Both the position numbers and the translations under genes were made by a program. The notes below the pieces were generated by a model. It made no database searches and was not told the origin of the DNA. It worked only from the letters and a program-made list of their open reading frames with translations. Source: an uncultured Thermoplasmatales archaeon (GTDB lineage: Archaea > Thermoplasmatota > E2 > UBA202 > DSCA01). Taken from it: a DNA stretch of 53,407 nt. Where the stretch lies: the NCBI GenBank assembly GCA_964514975.1, contig CAZESS010000017.1, forward strand, positions 1 through 53,407, in the 5' to 3' direction. Positions 49,076-53,407 of this stretch are shown in pieces (positions within the stretch are counted from its first letter, which is position 1; every line of letters starts with the position of its first letter).

Positions 49076-49706
49076 ACACCCATATCTCGGGCTCGTCCGG
49101 CAGATCGCTTTTATCCACTTCTATCTCGTTGGCGACATGCCGTATCATATAGTCCGGGCGGGCGGCGTCGAGAAATGGGTCGATGCGCTCAACCGGCAGC
49201 GACAGCCCGCCGACCTTGTAGTGCATGGGAATGACTACCCTGGGCTTGATTGTCCGGCAGACATTCAGGGCTTCCTCGCCGTCGATGGTGAACACGCCGC
49301 CGACCGGGATGAACAACACGTCTACATCCCCGATCTGCTCAGCGAGCTCGTCGTCGATGGGATGGCCGAGGTCGCCGAGATGGCAAAAGGTCAGCCCGTC
49401 TATGACGAACCGGAAAATCGTGATGACTCCCCGCTTGGCGCCCTCCTCCCGGTCATGATGGGCCTGCCATGACAAAATCTGGATGTCCTCCACGGTTTTG
49501 CCGCCCTCTCTGACCACCGTCGTGGTATCCTTTTTGACCGCTTTGACCTTGTTGTGGTCGTAATGGTCATGGGACACCAGCACGACGTCGGCCCGCACGC
49601 TTGGCGGCTGGATGCCGATTGAGCTGCCGTCATGGGGATCGGTGACCAGAGTGACGTCGTCTGTCAGCTCGAAGCAGGCATGACCGTGCCATCGGACCTT
49701 TATCAT
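49065..49706 (-). CDS. MBL-fold metallo-hydrolase
   Basis: WHGHACF, SHDHYDH, HLGDLG, IPMHY. Confidence 0.92.
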   Translation of the reverse strand: MIKVRWHGHACFELTDDVTLVTDPHDGSSIGIQPPSVRADVVLVSHDHYDHNKVKAVKKDTTTVVREGGKTVEDIQILSWQAHHDREEGAKRGVITIFRFVIDGLTFCHLGDLGHPIDDELAEQIGDVDVLFIPVGGVFTIDGEEALNVCRTIKPRVVIPMHYKVGGLSLPVERIDPFLDAARPDYMIRHVANEIEVDKSDLPDEPEIWVFTL

Positions 49707-50344
49707 TATATCCCCAGCATACGCTTGATTCTGTCCATGAGACCCTCTTTTTTCACGGGAACATTGCTGTGCCATGTCTCGTTGAACCAGAGATGCGCGG
49801 TGCCGGTGCTGTCCATGTGCACCGCCATCTTTTGGTCCTGCGCGATGGCCTCCATGCCGTCGCCGCGGAACACCGGCACCCGTTCATGGGTCATGCCCTT
49901 GATGGTCACGGATGCCTCGTCGCCCCTGACATGGATGGATGCATTGTCGGGGCCGATGGGCTCGGCGACCCGGGCTTTTTTGGCCGCTGGCTGCTCCGTT
50001 CCGGTCATATCCCGCGCCGCTTTCACCCATTTTTTGAACCGTTTTCGTGACACGTCGACGTCGTCGGCCATGCAGAGGTCGGCGGCGGCCAGCTCCACGG
50101 GCGTCGTGACGCCCTGCTCGTGGAGCCGCTGGCTGTAGGCCGGGCCGATGCCCTGTATGTCGGTGAGCAGCTGTATATCCCGGGCGCGCTGCCGCCATTC
50201 CTCGAGGCGCTGCGCTGATATCCCGGTCCTGTCGGCGATGCGTTCGATGTCCATCTCCCGCAGCGTTTGGATGTCCGTGATACCTGCCTTGTTCAGTTTC
50301 TTTCCATACTGTCGGCCGATTCCTTTGATCGATGTAACGTCCAT
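49706..50344 (-). CDS. tandem helix-hairpin-helix (DUF4332-like) protein
   Basis: IKGIGRQYGKKL..AGIT and IQGIGPAYSQRL..QGVT repeats. Confidence 0.82.
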   Translation of the reverse strand: MDVTSIKGIGRQYGKKLNKAGITDIQTLREMDIERIADRTGISAQRLEEWRQRARDIQLLTDIQGIGPAYSQRLHEQGVTTPVELAAADLCMADDVDVSRKRFKKWVKAARDMTGTEQPAAKKARVAEPIGPDNASIHVRGDEASVTIKGMTHERVPVFRGDGMEAIAQDQKMAVHMDSTGTAHLWFNETWHSNVPVKKEGLMDRIKRMLGI

Positions 50345-50621
50345 GTTCCCCACAAACTGTATGCGCATTTCGATATAAATAAGTTCGTGGATGCCGGATG
50401 ATGCGGTGGTGTGCGAGGGCTCTAGTATGGGCAGATGACCCTAGGATATGCGAGGCATCCAGGCAGCGTACATGCCGCAGCTCTTGTGCCCTTCGGATGA
50501 ATGCCTGCGGAAAAAGCGATGGGTAAGAAAAAATGGTGTCGTAAAAAGCATGGTTCGCGGGATGCATCGGCGTCGATAGCTGTTTCAACAACTATTTAAA
50601 ATATCAGCCCATACTCTCTCC

Positions 50622-50837
50622 ATGGTACTGCCAACCGACCTGCTGGAAAGCTCGCTCAACAAGGACATCTCGCTCCTGCTCAAGGACGGCCGCGTGCTCG
50701 AGGGGCGCCTGTCCGGCTACGACCAGTACATGAACCTGGTCATCGAGGACACCCGCGAGGCGAAGGGAGACGCGGAGCGACGCCTGGGCAAGGTCGTGCT
50801 GCGCGGCAACAACATCGTCAGCATTTCTGTCCAATAG
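50622..50837 (+). CDS. Sm/Lsm-like RNA-binding protein (SmAP)
   Basis: GRLSGYDQYMNLV, VVLRGNNIVSIS. Confidence 0.95.
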   Translation: MVLPTDLLESSLNKDISLLLKDGRVLEGRLSGYDQYMNLVIEDTREAKGDAERRLGKVVLRGNNIVSISVQ

Positions 50838-50880
50838 GGATGCCAAAAGTATATAAAACGCCGGCATCTTTCCCATTCAA

Positions 50881-51321
50881 ATGAATATATCGAACATGAA
50901 ACTGTCCTCCATCGAAGCGCGCCGCTATTCCGAGCCGCAGCAGCGTCCGCAGAACGTGCGCATCGACCATAACAGCACCGTCACGCTTTTCTCCGCCAGT
51001 GGTGACACCGATGCATCGGTCGAGTTTCAGTATACGGCCAGCTACGGCCCGCTCGGTCTCATCAAGCTCTCCGGCGATTTTCACCTCAGTGCCGACAATG
51101 CCCGGGAGATCGCGGAGCAGTGGAGCCAGGACAAAAACATGCCTGAGGAGGTGGCCTCCCGCATCCATACCGCCATCATGCATTTTTGTCTCCCCGAGGC
51201 GGTCATGGTTTCCCGGGACCTCCGGCTGCCGCCGCCGATTCCGATGCCGCAGGTCAAGTTCGACAAGGACCAGGGCGCACAGCAGCAGGGCAAGGGCGGG
51301 TTCAGCCCCGAGGTTGCCTAA
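50881..51321 (+). CDS. conserved archaeal hypothetical protein
   Basis: host-like ORF with own TATA; LRLPPPIPMP C-terminal motif. Confidence 0.75.
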   Translation: MNISNMKLSSIEARRYSEPQQRPQNVRIDHNSTVTLFSASGDTDASVEFQYTASYGPLGLIKLSGDFHLSADNAREIAEQWSQDKNMPEEVASRIHTAIMHFCLPEAVMVSRDLRLPPPIPMPQVKFDKDQGAQQQGKGGFSPEVA

Positions 51322-51380
51322 ACCTCTATGCTTTACAGCCTGAACAAAAGTAATAAATCCCGTTCCGCATTTCTCTATAC

Positions 51381-51824
51381 ATGGCATTCCAACTCCAGGT
51401 AACGAAAAACACGCCGCTGACCGGTGAGGACGACTACGAGACGGTGGCGCTGCAGTTCCTGAAACAGATCGGCTATCTGTCCACGGGCAGCGACACCTCG
51501 TCGATTCCCTACCGGCTCTTCGAATGCTTCCTGCTCCATCCTGCAAAGGAATGGCAGGTCGATGAGATGGCCGTCGAGCTCGACGCGACCAAGGCAACGG
51601 TCTACCGGCATCTCAACAAGCTCAAGGGACTCGACATCCTCGAGGAGGGCAAGACCGGCGAGGGAACCAGGCAGCGGAAAACATACCGGCTGCGCTACGG
51701 CAACCTCGACAAGGCATGGAACTTCGTCGAGGCGCATGTCAAGGTCGCCATGGACAACTACGGGGAAACGGTCACGCATTTACACCGGCTGGTTGAACGG
51801 AGGGTGCTCGATGGACGAGATTGA
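51381..51824 (+). CDS. winged-HTH transcriptional regulator
   Basis: VDEMAVELDATKATVYRHLNKLKGLDIL. Confidence 0.85.
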   Translation: MAFQLQVTKNTPLTGEDDYETVALQFLKQIGYLSTGSDTSSIPYRLFECFLLHPAKEWQVDEMAVELDATKATVYRHLNKLKGLDILEEGKTGEGTRQRKTYRLRYGNLDKAWNFVEAHVKVAMDNYGETVTHLHRLVERRVLDGRD

Positions 51825-52077
51825 GCTCACCGACGGCTCAGCCTGCATCGTTCGCTCCCAGGACGGCAGCGAGGAACCGCTCGAATCGATTGGTGTGCTC
51901 GAGGGCTTCACCTACATCGGCAAGGAGGAGGCGCTGTGCATCCGGCTGGGCGAGGAACACGAGGACATGGCGGACAAGCTCCGGGTGATACCGGTCGGCA
52001 ACATCATCTGCATCGACCTGCTCGACCACGAGGAGAAGCACAGCAGCACCGGCAAGCCGGACCACTATTTCGGGTGA
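51811..52077 (+). CDS. hypothetical protein, possible Sm-like fold
   Basis: GGAGG upstream; G.LEGF, LRVIPVGNIICIDL. Confidence 0.7.
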   Translation: MDEIELTDGSACIVRSQDGSEEPLESIGVLEGFTYIGKEEALCIRLGEEHEDMADKLRVIPVGNIICIDLLDHEEKHSSTGKPDHYFG

Positions 52078-52081
52078 CAGC

Positions 52082-53269
52082 ATGAGCATGCAAATCGGTA
52101 TCGTGGGGAAGCCAAACGTCGGCAAGACCACGTTTTTCAATGCCGCCACCAACGCCGGCGGCGAAATGGCCTCCTATCCGTTTACAACCATCGACGCCAA
52201 CCGTGGTGTCATGTACGCCCGGACGCGGTGCCCCTGCCAGGATTTCGAGGTATCCTGCAACCCGCACAACGCCATCTGCACGGACGGCATCCGCTACGTG
52301 CCCATCGAGGCCATCGATGTCGCCGGGCTCGTCCCAAAGGCACATGAGGGACGGGGGCTGGGCAACAAGTTCCTGGACGACCTCCGACAGGCCTCCTGCC
52401 TCATCCACATCATCGACGCATCCGGCTCGACCAACGCCGAGGGAGAGATGTGCGAGCCCGGCCAGCACGACCCCCGGCAGGACATCGCGTTCCTCGAGAA
52501 AGAGCTCGACCACTGGATCCACGGCATCATCACCCGGGACTGGGACCGCGTCAGCCGGAAATGCGCCCTCGAGGACAAAAAAGCGAGCGCCGCCCTGGCC
52601 GACCGGCTCACCGGGCTGGGTGTCAGCGAAGCTGACATCACCCTGGCGATGCGGAAAACCGGGCTTGAGGGCAATCCCACCTCGTGGAGCCAGGACGACC
52701 TGTTCCGGCTCGCCACAGCGATACGGCAGGCGGGCAAGCCCATCCTGCTGTCGCTCAACAAGGTCGACAAGGCGGATGACGCACTCGTCGAGGAGATGTC
52801 CGGCGACACATCGATACCAACGGCGGCCGAGGCGGAGCTCGCGCTCACCCATGCAACAGAGCACGACATGATCGCCTACAACCCCGGGGACGGCTCCTTC
52901 GAGATATGTAGCGAGGACATGAGCGAACGGCAGCGTAAGGGGCTGGAGTACATCCGGATGCATGTGCTCGACAAGTATGGCGGCACCGGCGTCCAGCGGT
53001 GTATCAACCAGGCGGTGTTCAGCCTGCTCGACCTCATCGCGGTCTACCCCGTCGAGGACGAGACGCATCTGACGGACAAAAAGGGCAACGTGCTCCCCGA
53101 CGTGTTCCTGGTGCCCCGGGGCTCGACGGTCATCGACCTCGCCTACAAGGTCCATACCGACCTCGGCGAGGGGTTCATCCGCGCCATCGACGCCCGGACG
53201 CAGCGTGTCGTCGGCCACGACCATGAACTGCAACATGGTGACATCATCCGCATCGTCGCGAAGAAATAG
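52082..53269 (+). CDS. ychF: YchF/Obg-like translation-associated NTPase
   Basis: GKPNVGKT, YPFTTID, DVAGLV, GLGNKFL, NKVD, C-terminal TGS. Confidence 0.95.
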   Translation: MSMQIGIVGKPNVGKTTFFNAATNAGGEMASYPFTTIDANRGVMYARTRCPCQDFEVSCNPHNAICTDGIRYVPIEAIDVAGLVPKAHEGRGLGNKFLDDLRQASCLIHIIDASGSTNAEGEMCEPGQHDPRQDIAFLEKELDHWIHGIITRDWDRVSRKCALEDKKASAALADRLTGLGVSEADITLAMRKTGLEGNPTSWSQDDLFRLATAIRQAGKPILLSLNKVDKADDALVEEMSGDTSIPTAAEAELALTHATEHDMIAYNPGDGSFEICSEDMSERQRKGLEYIRMHVLDKYGGTGVQRCINQAVFSLLDLIAVYPVEDETHLTDKKGNVLPDVFLVPRGSTVIDLAYKVHTDLGEGFIRAIDARTQRVVGHDHELQHGDIIRIVAKK

Positions 53270-53371
53270 CTAGGCCAATTATGGCGGCTTTATACAATTG
53301 GATCGATAAACAGGCGAATTAGGAGATAAACCCCTATTTCACCATTCTCAATTCTTATCCTCAATCTAGCG

Positions 53372-53403
53372 AGAAAACCCTTGCCTTTAGGCAAGGGATG
53401 AAT
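53372..53403. repeat. hairpin resembling an IS200/IS605-type subterminal palindrome
   Basis: AGAAAA-CCCTTGCCT-TT-AGGCAAGGG-ATGAAT at the window end. Confidence 0.45.
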
Positions 53404-53407
53404 CGCT

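Overview
GC-rich archaeal chromosome segment. Inferred lineage is Thermoplasmatota-like, from rpl15e, tgtA, archaeal dtdA, GPN GTPase, CDC48/VAT, SmAP, grpE-dnaK-dnaJ, a secreted C25 gingipain-like protease and TATA boxes about 25 nt before many start codons. Most of the window is housekeeping and metabolic genes. Two accessory regions stand out. (1) A 2,941-bp AT-rich IS6-family element (25363-28303) with terminal inverted repeats and a perfect 8-bp target duplication (CATATATC). It carries a SWIM/zinc-ribbon DDE transposase, an AbrB-like gene absent from the ORF track, two membrane passenger genes and a predicted TATA-driven ~72-nt structured RNA. The two arms of that RNA are complementary to adjacent halves of the transposase SD/start-codon region, which suggests a bipartite trans-acting antisense repressor; a second hairpin of similar design faces the passenger-gene RBS. 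(2) A ~9.7-kb, 15-gene arsenic/thiol-redox operon (45738->36030) behind twin palindromic operators, including a frameshifted lipoate ligase. Other points: a threonine-synthase-like-GNAT fusion lacking the PLP lysine, a CBS-HPF-like candidate hibernation factor, several small proteins missing from the ORF track (including a LIM-like zinc finger) and an anti-SD hairpin upstream of grpE. All calls come from motif recognition by eye; no searches or folding programs were run.
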